Assembly: GCA_027345195.1 (NCBI GenBank)
Contig: DAHWIJ010000015.1
Coordinates: 64,375 to 128,374 of the forward strand
DNA: 64,000 nucleotides
Source of the DNA: Thermoplasmatales archaeon
Lineage (GTDB): Archaea; Thermoplasmatota; Thermoplasmata; Thermoplasmatales; GCA-001856825
Direction of reading: 5' to 3'
The position numbers were made by a program, and so were the translations under genes. This document shows, in pieces, positions 50,559 through 59,774 of the stretch; within the stretch, counting starts at the first letter, position 1, and each line of letters begins with the position of its first letter. Below the pieces are notes generated by a model. That model ran no database searches and was not told the origin of the DNA. It saw only the letters and a program-made list of their open reading frames with translations.

Positions 50559-51494
50559 TTACCCTGTAAGAACAGAAACATGGTGGCCGTGGACATTCAC
50601 AATCCTGGCCACTTTTACCGTGGCAGCTATGGAAGCAGCGGCTGCAGGAATCGTGGGTAACCCTTCGATTTTCGTGACCATTTCCGAGTAGAGTGAAAGC
50701 TCTTCGTCGGTGACGAACTCGGCGAAGCCGTTTGACTCAACTAACGCCAGAAAGGCGAGTTCACCATCATATGAATGGTAGTTTACCAGGGGTTCATTTA
50801 TTTCTGTTTCCCTTAACTTTTCCACAGGGAAGTCAACCAGATGCGGTAGTCTGTTCTTAAAGCTGTAAATTATCGGATTGCCTCCGTCAGTGCTCGCTGC
50901 TATAATCCTTGGGACTCTGTCAGTTTGCCCGGCTTTTTTAAGTCTTTCAAAGCCGTGATAGACTCCAGCAAGTGTAGTTCCGTTTCCAACGGGGATAGAG
51001 ACTGTATCAGGAACTGACCCCAGTTCATCTACAATTTCCTTGGCAATCGGTGCGTAAGCTTCCAGACCCAGTTCCGGATGCGCTCCAGCATTTGCATCAA
51101 ACCAGTTTTCTCTCTTTGCATCATTCTTGCTTGCTTCTACAGAGTCTTCGTACTTTCCTTCTACAAGCACAAGTTTTGCTCCACTCCTTTTCTCTATTTC
51201 ACTGAGGCGTGGGGAATGAAAGCCCTTCGGGATGTATACGTATGATCTCATATTGTTGAGAGAAGCATAGTAAGCTATGGATGCGCCGTAGTTACCACAG
51301 CTCCCAACTACTACAGTATCGTATCCTTCGTCCTTTGCCTTTTTAATGTGAGCATAGGCAACACGATCTTTCTGGGTGCCTGTAGGATTTGACCGTTCAT
51401 ACTTGAGAAAAAGGTTATCCAGGCCGAGAACCGTTCCTAGTTTTGCGGCCCTCAATAGAGGGGTATTCCCTATGGCCTGCTGACTCGATCTCAT
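50559..51494 (-). CDS. Fold-type II PLP-dependent enzyme, threonine-synthase-like
   Basis: GNTPL, KYE-x-x-NPTGTQKDR, SCGNYG, PVGNGT, terminal VLTG. Confidence 0.85.
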   Translation of the reverse strand: MRSSQQAIGNTPLLRAAKLGTVLGLDNLFLKYERSNPTGTQKDRVAYAHIKKAKDEGYDTVVVGSCGNYGASIAYYASLNNMRSYVYIPKGFHSPRLSEIEKRSGAKLVLVEGKYEDSVEASKNDAKRENWFDANAGAHPELGLEAYAPIAKEIVDELGSVPDTVSIPVGNGTTLAGVYHGFERLKKAGQTDRVPRIIAASTDGGNPIIYSFKNRLPHLVDFPVEKLRETEINEPLVNYHSYDGELAFLALVESNGFAEFVTDEELSLYSEMVTKIEGLPTIPAAAASIAATVKVARIVNVHGHHVSVLTG

Positions 51495-51574
51495 GTCTCC
51501 TAATGGAATACGTATTCAGCTTAAAACTGTTCCGCATATGCCTCTGGCATTTATTCTATCTCAGGTCTGTCACA

Positions 51575-52126
51575 CTAGTTGAATCCTACGCTGATACCCG
51601 GCCTGAATTCGGCCTGTCTTTGCGTATTACCACTAGTCTCGGTCACTGAGTCATTTGGACCGACGTCAATGTTAAGGAACTTCTTCACAACTTCATCCAC
51701 ATATCGATTTATCCTGGCCATAACCTGACTAAAGGGGAATTCCATCATTGAAGATGCAAAATTCTCATTTTCCACTACCGCAGCGCTGTCAACCATCCTG
51801 CTTATGGTCATCATTACCTCTTCCCCCCTCTTTCTCCTTTCAGGTGACTCGCTGTGAAATGGCATAATACCGACGAAAAAGACCCTGTTGCCTCTCGAGT
51901 TCAGACCAGAACAGATTGCATTCAGCACTGAGGAAGAAAACTGGCCTGCTGGGGATGAAACAATTACCACCCTGCCTCCCTTTGGTTGGGCGCGCACAAA
52001 CTCATCTACCCCACCAGAAGCAGAGAGCCTACTTGAATCAATAAACAAAGAATTCTCATAACCCAATTCCTTTACTATATTAACTCCCGCACCTCCTACA
52101 CCTATGATCTTGAAATTGTCTGACAT
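51575..52126 (-). CDS. Truncated, divergent FtsZ/tubulin-like protein (GTPase-domain portion only)
   Basis: KIIGVGGAGVNIV (T1), FIDS, GIMPFHSE (T5-like), VDSAAVVEN (T6-like); GGGTG replaced by PAGQFSS. Confidence 0.7.
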   Translation of the reverse strand: MSDNFKIIGVGGAGVNIVKELGYENSLFIDSSRLSASGGVDEFVRAQPKGGRVVIVSSPAGQFSSSVLNAICSGLNSRGNRVFFVGIMPFHSESPERRKRGEEVMMTISRMVDSAAVVENENFASSMMEFPFSQVMARINRYVDEVVKKFLNIDVGPNDSVTETSGNTQRQAEFRPGISVGFN

Positions 52127-52311
52127 ATTAATGACATTGATATGACAGTATTTAAGCTTTTTTATATTTCAACGTATAACATCTATTAACCAACGGGCTG
52201 CCATTGTTTTCTCAAACCAGCGAATTGGTATCTTTGAAGGAGAACTCCGCCCCCTCTCAACTCCCGTCTTTTGGAGTTTTACGCCCAAATCTGGTCTGCG
52301 GAATCAATATT

Positions 52312-52965
52312 TCATAGTTCGTCTTTAGACTTCCTGTCAATGAGGAATCTGCAAGTTCCGTAGCCATTGACCTGAGTGTGGCTAGTATTAACCCTCATTC
52401 TCAAAACATTCTCAAACAATTTCTTCTCAAGGTCGCAAGCTTCCGCAAACTTACTTGAAATAGAGTAGATCGGGCAATTGAATTCTAGGAGTTCGTGCTT
52501 GTCCCTTCCAATGCTCTTCAACTCTGGGAGATAATTTTCCAGAAGCCGTAATCTTGCCAGCTCTTCCACCCTTTCCTTCCCTGATTTATTCCTGAGGGCT
52601 TCTTTGTAGTAAGCTGCAACCTTTTCGTACCTGTCATTTAGGAACTTGATTACTATTTCTCTATTCCCATTTTCAGCGATGAACTCAAGCAGGTCGTTGA
52701 AAAGTCTGTCCGACGAGGACCCAAATGCTGACGAAGCTTCTGACAGCAAATAGAATCTGTAGTATGGTCGACCTACCTTTTTCTTTGTAATCCTCCTCTC
52801 CAGGATGTGTCTGTTTTCTAGGGACTTTATGTGTTTGAGAGTGGCCACTTTAGAGATGCCTAGCGCTTCCGAGAGCTCTTCAAGGGACATACCGTCGGAC
52901 TTCTTGAGAGTTATTAACAACCTGGATTCAGTAGGATAGTCCTTCCATTTGTCGCCTTCATTCAT
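52312..52965 (-). CDS. HTH metalloregulator, SufR-like
   Basis: N-terminal wHTH ending VGRP; C-terminal NCPI...ACDLE...TCRF Cys pattern. Confidence 0.85.
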   Translation of the reverse strand: MNEGDKWKDYPTESRLLITLKKSDGMSLEELSEALGISKVATLKHIKSLENRHILERRITKKKVGRPYYRFYLLSEASSAFGSSSDRLFNDLLEFIAENGNREIVIKFLNDRYEKVAAYYKEALRNKSGKERVEELARLRLLENYLPELKSIGRDKHELLEFNCPIYSISSKFAEACDLEKKLFENVLRMRVNTSHTQVNGYGTCRFLIDRKSKDEL

Positions 52966-53034
52966 AATGTTGCAACTGTACTAATTTAATAACCTTTTCT
53001 GGTTTACGAAGTTTATAAACGATTTAGGTTAATT

Positions 53035-53727
53035 ATGCCAGTTCATTCCTCATATATGAACCCAAAATACACAGCAATCATAACCGGTGGAACATCCGGT
53101 CTTGGATTTGAGACAGTGAAAGTATTAGATAGGAAAGGATGGAGAGTGGCGACCTGTGGTCGTAGGAACGCAATAATAGAGAGGATAAAGAAGGATTCAG
53201 ATAACAGAATATTGGCTGAGGTCTGCGATATTAGGATTGATTCTTCCATTTCACTATTCCTCGGAAAAGTTGAAGATGCGTTTAAGGGGATTGACGTATT
53301 GGTGTTGAATGCAGCCGATATTGGCCCAGTCCCGCTGCCCACAATTGAAAATCTTGAAACAAGGGACCTGAGAATGACCTTTGAGACGAACTTTTTTGGA
53401 AATTTCAATTTCCTGAAGCTTGCTCTCCCACTCATGAGAGATGGGGGGATCGTCGTTCACATTACTTCAGACGCAGCAAAGGAGCCCTATCCTGGTTGGG
53501 CAGCCTATTCCTCATCAAAAGCAGCATTTGATATCCTTATCAAAATTCTCAACGAAGAGCTAAAAGCAAGGAGAATAAAGGCTTTCTCATTTGATCCAGG
53601 GGATATGAATACCGCGATGCATCACCTGGCAATACCTGACGACAGGTCCCCACTAAAGGACCCGAAGGTATCTGCAGAGGAGCTATTTATGGAAATAAGG
53701 AAGAGAGTGGGTGAGCATGATGAATGA
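53035..53727 (+). CDS. Short-chain dehydrogenase/reductase
   Basis: TGGTSGLG, LNA, catalytic S and YSSSK, DPGDMNT. Confidence 0.92.
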   Translation: MPVHSSYMNPKYTAIITGGTSGLGFETVKVLDRKGWRVATCGRRNAIIERIKKDSDNRILAEVCDIRIDSSISLFLGKVEDAFKGIDVLVLNAADIGPVPLPTIENLETRDLRMTFETNFFGNFNFLKLALPLMRDGGIVVHITSDAAKEPYPGWAAYSSSKAAFDILIKILNEELKARRIKAFSFDPGDMNTAMHHLAIPDDRSPLKDPKVSAEELFMEIRKRVGEHDE

Positions 53728-54790
53728 TTATTTTAGTGCCTATCTGCCAAGGCAGCTGTACGGGTACAGGAGAAGCGACGCGAAGATGATGATCGTCAAC
53801 CAAAACGCTGTGGTTGATTCAACCCTCGCTAATCTTCCCGACTCTTTGGAAGAAGGGGACCTGTTAATATTTAACAATAGCAGATTAATCCCCTCGAGTC
53901 TGGACGTTTATTCGGATGAGCTACAACAGTATTTGAAAATCAATGTGGGCACGGACAGGCTCTCAGGTCTATTTCTTCTCGAGGTGAGACCTAGGGGGAT
54001 CGGCTACAGGCTGAGGGAAGGGAGTTCCCTGGAACTTCTAGATGGATCTAACAGCGTGGTCCTCTTCAGGAGGTATAAGCCTTTTGACAGATTCTGGTGG
54101 GGGAAATTAAAAGAGCCGGATGAGACAATCGATGAAATACTCCGGGAGGATGGTAAATATATCAGGTACGAGCACATTCCATTTGACCTTCCTCCTAGTA
54201 TATACGATGGAATTTTCTATAAGGTGCCTGGAAGCGTGGAACTGCCTTCTGCCTCATTTTCTTTCGATACTGATATTATCAAGAAGCTGGGGGATAAGGG
54301 AATCAAGATGGAGGAGATCACGCTGCATTGTAACCTGGGCTCTCTGGAACCAAATGAGTTTGAAAATGAGTCCAGATTGTTAGAGGAAAGATTCTCATTA
54401 CCCATTAAGACTTTAAAGTCTATATTTGAAACACGGGCAAGAGGAAACAAGGTGATTGCAGTTGGTACAACCGTAGTAAGGGCGCTAGAGACAGTCGTAG
54501 GCATAACAACTGGCACTTTTAGACTCGGCAAACTGGTTGAACAGTCAAATAATGATTCACACATCTCAGGGAGCACCGGCCTTTTCATAAACGGAAATTA
54601 TAGATTAAGGATGGTTGACGGAATAGTGACAGGGATGCATGAGGAGGAGGGCTCGCATATCCGGATGCTTGAAGCGTTCCAGAGTAAAGAAACCTTGAAC
54701 AGGATGTCAAAGTACGCAAACGAATGGGGGTATCAGTACCACGAATTCGGTGACCTTGCATTGATTTTCTCGCAACGCAGAGAGAAGTAG
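53711..54790 (+). CDS. QueA-like protein (paralogous subfamily of SAM:tRNA ribosyltransferase-isomerase)
   Basis: GDLLIFNNS, IRY, GSVELPSA (versus GSxAAPTAG in true QueA), ITLH, IAVGTTVVRALET, TGMHE...SH, YHEFGD. Confidence 0.85.
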   Translation: MSMMNDYFSAYLPRQLYGYRRSDAKMMIVNQNAVVDSTLANLPDSLEEGDLLIFNNSRLIPSSLDVYSDELQQYLKINVGTDRLSGLFLLEVRPRGIGYRLREGSSLELLDGSNSVVLFRRYKPFDRFWWGKLKEPDETIDEILREDGKYIRYEHIPFDLPPSIYDGIFYKVPGSVELPSASFSFDTDIIKKLGDKGIKMEEITLHCNLGSLEPNEFENESRLLEERFSLPIKTLKSIFETRARGNKVIAVGTTVVRALETVVGITTGTFRLGKLVEQSNNDSHISGSTGLFINGNYRLRMVDGIVTGMHEEEGSHIRMLEAFQSKETLNRMSKYANEWGYQYHEFGDLALIFSQRREK

Positions 54791-54845
54791 AGTTCATTTC
54801 AATTTTGAGCATTCATAGCAGTACGTATCAGAGATATTTTGCTCT

Positions 54846-55940
54846 TTAACGCTCATCCCTTTTCTCTGACTCTGCCGACCTCCGGATAGCTTCCAGTTTG
54901 GCCATAAGAACCTCCGGGGACACCCTCAGAATATACTCATTCTCGACGCCGGATGAGTACCCCTTCCCAATCTTCGTCTTTTTGACGAGTCCGGACAACT
55001 CGATCGTCTTCAGGAGCTTGTATACCCTTGATTCACTAATCCCGCCGCCAAGTCTCTTGAGGTCTGAAGACCGGAATGATTTCTCAGTCTCCAAAGATTC
55101 AAGAAGCTGCCTGAGGAGGTCTACCTCATCCATCTCGAGGCTTATTAGCGAACTCTCCTCAAGAGGGGGGGAGAAATCTCTGTATGCTCCAAGAACGGCT
55201 TCATCGTCCAATAATCTGTTGCTAGATTCTGCGTACAGAGCAGAATTTAGAAGGAGCTCTATTGCTGTTCTCGCGCTCCCCTGTTCTTCAACAAGCTCGG
55301 AAATTCTGCGTATGGCAGAGTCTGTATAAGTTCCTTCGTACAAACCAACTTCTGCCCTTGAGGAAGCTATGAGGTACAGCTCCTCGGAATTATATTCCCT
55401 GAGAGAAATCCTGTTGTACCTACCAAGTCCTGAGAGCGTACTTTTATCCAGGTACATTTCAGGTTCTTCCATTGACAGCAGAACAAGTTTAATCTGTGGT
55501 CCTCCAAGCTCCTGGCTTCTTGATAGGAGATATAGAATTTGTCCGTGACTTTTCTTAAGGGACTGTGACTCATCCAGAACGATCAGATTGTTTTTTTCGG
55601 GAAGCGTCCTGAAGAGTATTTCGGACAGAGGCTCCCCCCTTGCACTCCCTATTTCAGGCAATCTCAACCTTGGGTCGTTGAGAATCGTTGACACAATCGC
55701 CCTGTCTGTTTGGTTGATGTAACAGTTAACATATGCAACCCTGAATTCCTTCATCTCCTTCACCAGGAGTTTCCCAATGAGAGTTTTGCCTGTCCCGGGA
55801 TTACCTCTCACTACAAAGGTGGAGGAGATATCAACTGCCCTGATCATTTCCTTGAGGTGTTCGACCTCCTGCCTTCTTCCTATGATCGTTTCGGGTACGT
55901 AATCCTGTGACAGCACGACTGAATTTTTTATTATCTTCAT
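54846..55940 (-). CDS. Second, divergent Orc1/Cdc6 paralogue
   Basis: DYVPE, GNPGTGKT, YVNC, VLDE, YNSEEL, GSARTA; arginine-finger SRL replaced by SGL. Confidence 0.85.
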   Translation of the reverse strand: MKIIKNSVVLSQDYVPETIIGRRQEVEHLKEMIRAVDISSTFVVRGNPGTGKTLIGKLLVKEMKEFRVAYVNCYINQTDRAIVSTILNDPRLRLPEIGSARGEPLSEILFRTLPEKNNLIVLDESQSLKKSHGQILYLLSRSQELGGPQIKLVLLSMEEPEMYLDKSTLSGLGRYNRISLREYNSEELYLIASSRAEVGLYEGTYTDSAIRRISELVEEQGSARTAIELLLNSALYAESSNRLLDDEAVLGAYRDFSPPLEESSLISLEMDEVDLLRQLLESLETEKSFRSSDLKRLGGGISESRVYKLLKTIELSGLVKKTKIGKGYSSGVENEYILRVSPEVLMAKLEAIRRSAESEKRDER

Positions 55941-55994
55941 TTGGAACTTCTGTGGAGAGTAGAAAATTAATTATAAATCCTATTATGTCGGAGC

Positions 55995-56927
55995 ATGGAA
56001 TACACTAATCTCGGAAAATCTGACCTAAGGGTTTCAGTTATAGGATTAGGGGCTTGGCAAGCGGGCGCCAAGGGTTGGGGGAAAATCGTAGACTCTGACG
56101 TTAAAAATGCAATACTCACATCAATAGAGATGGGGCTCAATTTCATCGACACAGCTGAAGTTTATGGTGATGGTCATTCAGAATCGGTCATTGGAGAGGT
56201 AATTAAGGACATCAGAGACGACATAATAATTGCGACGAAGGCATCAGGAAATCACCTAAAGCCGGAATATCTGGAGAGGGCGTTGGAAGGGAGCCTCAAG
56301 AGGCTGAATACCAATTATATCGACCTCTACCAGATTCACTGGCCTGATATATACACCTCCCTCAGGGATACGATGAAAACTCTTGAAAGGATGGCTAACG
56401 ACGGCAAAATCAGGTACATTGGACTTTCGAATTTCAGCATATGCCAGATTGAGGAGGCAAGATCCTACCTTTCGAATATGGACATAGTGTCCAACCAGGT
56501 AAGATACAATATCCTTCAGAGGGAAATAGAGGAAGAAATGCTACCGTATCTTAACAAGGAGAAGATTAGCGTTATAGCATATTCACCACTGGCACAGGGG
56601 TTGCTCACCTTCAAGTATGACCACGCAAATCTAGAACCCACTGATGTGAGGAAAAACAACAAACTGTTCAATGAACAGAACATACAGGTGATTTCATCGT
56701 TCCTTTCAGTTCTTAGAGACATATCTCTCGAAACAGGGCATTCGGTAGTTCAGTTGGCTTTAAACTGGCTTATCTCGAGAGGAAACGTGATTCCCATCCC
56801 CGGAGCAAAGAACAGGGACCAGGCAACCATAAACCTACAGTCCAACGGATGGAGACTGACAGCCGAGCAGAGCAAGAGGATTGAGGACCAGTACAGGCTA
56901 ATAAAGGATAAACTTGATACATTCTGA
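55995..56927 (+). CDS. Aldo/keto reductase
   Basis: GLGAWQ, IDTAEVYG, IATK, DLYQIHWP, GLSN, YSPL, IPG. Confidence 0.95.
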   Translation: MEYTNLGKSDLRVSVIGLGAWQAGAKGWGKIVDSDVKNAILTSIEMGLNFIDTAEVYGDGHSESVIGEVIKDIRDDIIIATKASGNHLKPEYLERALEGSLKRLNTNYIDLYQIHWPDIYTSLRDTMKTLERMANDGKIRYIGLSNFSICQIEEARSYLSNMDIVSNQVRYNILQREIEEEMLPYLNKEKISVIAYSPLAQGLLTFKYDHANLEPTDVRKNNKLFNEQNIQVISSFLSVLRDISLETGHSVVQLALNWLISRGNVIPIPGAKNRDQATINLQSNGWRLTAEQSKRIEDQYRLIKDKLDTF

Positions 56928-56971
56928 AAGCTCAGGGGATTGGCCCAGCGGCCACCCATTGGTCCTTTAAC

Positions 56972-57481
56972 TCAGTCCTTGATCCTGTGAATCAGCTCAA
57001 CACTTTCCCCGAACAGCATCTTCTTGAAATCGCTTGAAACGTCGTACTGTCGGGTCACAATTTCACTCTCAATAAGCATCAATTCAGAAAGCTCATCCGG
57101 GTATCCTTCCGAGAAGATGATCTCCTTAATTCCCGCATTGATGATCATTTTAGAACAATCGGAGCAGGGATGGGTCGTCACGTATATGATACTCCCGTTT
57201 ATTGCTGTCCCGTTGTAGGCTGCCTGTATTATTGCATTCTGTTCGGCGTGAAGGCCCCTGCAGAGTTCTCTCCTCTCCCCTGGCTTAACGTTGAGCTGCT
57301 CCCTAAGGCATCCTAGCTCATCGCAGTGGAGCGCCCCTCTTGGAGGCCCGTTGTAGCCTGTAGCCATGATCCTCTTCTCCTTTACGATGACCGCACCAAC
57401 CTTCCTTCTAACACAATTAGACCTAGTGGCGGCCATGAACGCCATCCTCATGAAGTACTCGTCCCAGGACGGTCTTTCCAT
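56972..57481 (-). CDS. dCMP deaminase (ComEB-like; likely start ATG 57481)
   Basis: [29 protein letters not shown]. Confidence 0.92.
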   Translation of the reverse strand: MERPSWDEYFMRMAFMAATRSNCVRRKVGAVIVKEKRIMATGYNGPPRGALHCDELGCLREQLNVKPGERRELCRGLHAEQNAIIQAAYNGTAINGSIIYVTTHPCSDCSKMIINAGIKEIIFSEGYPDELSELMLIESEIVTRQYDVSSDFKKMLFGESVELIHRIKD

Positions 57482-57704
57482 CTTACTTTCATGCTTGTCT
57501 TGTAAAAAAGGGTTTAGGTAGGTCGTCCGTTGATCTGAAAATCTGGTAATCCTACCAAAAGGACATTGATCTCGATCATCTACCGACCTATTCATTTCTG
57601 GAATGGTAAGGCAAAATTGAATTTCAGAAAAGGCACGGAACCGCTTCCTGATTTCTTCGACCCTCGCTACGCAATATTTTTATGACTCCTTGGATTATAA
57701 CAGT

Positions 57705-57890
57705 ATGGCGAAATACACATTCAAGTGTGCAGACATTGGGATGAACTGTGGCTTTGAAACAAAAGCATCCACCAAGGAAGAGCTGATGCCCCTAATAGCC
57801 AATCACGCCAAGACTGCTCACAATATGAATGAGATACCTCCGGATGTGATGCAAAAGGTCAATGCGGCCATAAAGAAAAAAATGTTCTGA
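57705..57890 (+). CDS. DUF1059 small metal-binding protein
   Basis: FKCADIGMNCGF...HAKTAH motif. Confidence 0.85.
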   Translation: MAKYTFKCADIGMNCGFETKASTKEELMPLIANHAKTAHNMNEIPPDVMQKVNAAIKKKMF

Positions 57891-58175
57891 ATCTAGGACC
57901 ACAAAGCTATTAAAACGATATTAGACCGGGCGTTGTCATACCTTCACCTACAGTAGGGGCTATGAACACGAAGTTTTAACCGCGCTCTCCAGGTTTTAAT
58001 GTTTTACCTCTCGCAAGCGTACGCCCCTTGCGATATTAACCTGCAAGTTTTAAAGTGCGAAATGTTCTTTGAGTGAAATATGTTGTCTCGATTTGGAATC
58101 ATTTCTATGCATTAACCTTCATTTTTAGTTCTGGTGCGAACAGAATTATTTTCAGAGGATATTGAATTTATTGCC

Positions 58176-58640
58176 ATGGAACCAAGAATAGATTATACCA
58201 GATATTCTCCCGAAATGCTAAGAGCATTGCGGTCTCTCGAGAAGGCAATTTCCAGGTCCGGACTGAATAGCCGCTTGCTTCATTTGGTCAAAATGAGGGC
58301 TTCGCAGTTAAATGGATGTGGATGGTGCCTGGACATGCATTCAAAGGATTCTATACTTGAAGCAGAAACAGTGCAACGTTTGGTGCTCCTTGATGCCTGG
58401 TGGGAATGCCCCCAGTATACTGACAAGGAAAAGGCGGCACTGGCGTGGACTGAGAGGGTTACCAATATATCAGAATGGAGGGACGATGATGTGATCTATG
58501 CGAATCTACGAAAACATTTTTCACAGGAGCAGATAGTCAACCTAACTTGGGCCATCGTTGCAATAAATTCGTGGAATAGGCTTAATGTTGCACTAAAGAC
58601 TGTTCCTGGGACTTATGAACCTCCACAGCGGAAATCCTAG
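58176..58640 (+). CDS. AhpD/carboxymuconolactone-decarboxylase family protein (likely start ATG 58176)
   Basis: RASQLNGCGWCLDMH, EKAALAW, INSWNR. Confidence 0.92.
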   Translation: MEPRIDYTRYSPEMLRALRSLEKAISRSGLNSRLLHLVKMRASQLNGCGWCLDMHSKDSILEAETVQRLVLLDAWWECPQYTDKEKAALAWTERVTNISEWRDDDVIYANLRKHFSQEQIVNLTWAIVAINSWNRLNVALKTVPGTYEPPQRKS

Positions 58641-58719
58641 AATGCTGTATTGCAATAGTCAACCATTTGTAGCTTCCGGGGCAATCAAATATTTATCTTC
58701 CAGCTTTCAATAGAAACGC

Positions 58720-59049
58720 GTGACTGAACCTAAAGTAGATCAATCCTCTTGGAAACAAGTTTCTAATGCGATAGACGGTATATATCAACAGCTTGCAGTC
58801 AGTGAAAACAATGGAACGGTCAAATTCCTAAAATTTGGTCCTAATAAGGCATACCCTAAACATCATCACCCAGACAGGGTTGAGTGGTTGTATGTCCTTT
58901 CGGGTGGAATGACCGTTGAGATCGATGGAGAGGTGCGACGTATGGAGGAAGGGGAGTACGCATACTTCCCCATCAACAGCCAGCATTCTCTTGAGGCCGG
59001 TGGCAAGGGAGCAACAGTCGTAGTTGCTGCATTCATACAGAAAACGTGA
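58720..59049 (+). CDS. Cupin-domain protein
   Basis: PKHHHP-x-x-x-EWLYVLSG and GE-x-x-YFP-x-x-x-x-H motifs. Confidence 0.88.
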   Translation: MTEPKVDQSSWKQVSNAIDGIYQQLAVSENNGTVKFLKFGPNKAYPKHHHPDRVEWLYVLSGGMTVEIDGEVRRMEEGEYAYFPINSQHSLEAGGKGATVVVAAFIQKT

Positions 59050-59591
59050 AATTCGTCTGATTGGAGCGGTACATTAGAGACCTACATCATTCAATACTGT
59101 TTGGTCAGTAGGAGCAAATCCAGCAATCCTCCCGTAATTGCTCTCCATTACAAATCAAAGTTAGGGCAACTTGGACTTAACTTAAAACATCTGAACCCGC
59201 TTTTAGAAGCAATAATGGAATTCCCGATGACACTTCAATTAAATTCAGTCAGTATTTTGAGAGATACACCTGATATCGAATATTTTTAGCTCAGTCATAA
59301 CTTGTCGCCCTCCCAACCTGGTAATGACATTGTATCGAATCTGGTATCAGAAATGTTGAATTCAGATTTTTTGGATGTTTCGTGCTAGATGTCTTGCAGA
59401 AACACCGAGAGACCAAGAGGAAAATGGGCGCATCAAGAAGGAGATTGAGTGATACAAGAAAATACGTCAATCAACAGCCGTCATTGAGGACGGAAAGAAC
59501 TAATTTAAGATGGAGCAGTATCCAATTAGCGGCCTCCATCCCAATTGAATTGCACATTAGACTAACCGGTTACGCCCAGACAAATGCTCAG

Positions 59592-59666
59592 TGCTCCGGC
59601 CGGGATTTGAACCCGGGTCGTGGGATTGAGAGCCCCATATGCTTGGCCGGTCTACACCACCGGAGC
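59592..59666 (-). tRNA. tRNA-Glu (CTC)
   Basis: Reverse complement GCTCCGG...TGGGG-CT-CTC-AA-TCCCA...GGTTCAAATCC...CCGGAGCA. Confidence 0.95.
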
Positions 59667-59774
59667 TAAGCCTAATCCGATAAAAATATAAAATATCTCT
59701 CAAAGCTTTTCGAGCCTAATTTGCGTTTGTGGTTGTGCCTCCGATGCTCCATCTGCTCATTCCCCGTTGCAATC

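Noticed and set aside
50559..50580. PLP enzyme ending abruptly at VLTG, considered a truncation
   Set aside because: The catalytic core is complete, short-tailed members of this fold are plausible, and no frameshifted continuation is evident
6031..59666. Shared CCGGGATTTGAACCCGGG in tRNA-Gly and tRNA-Glu as possible att sites
   Set aside because: Both are complete tRNAs with a common T-arm; the intervening DNA is core genome and there is no integrase
59382..59669. 95-aa plus-strand ORF
   Set aside because: Overlaps tRNA-Glu on the opposite strand; spurious
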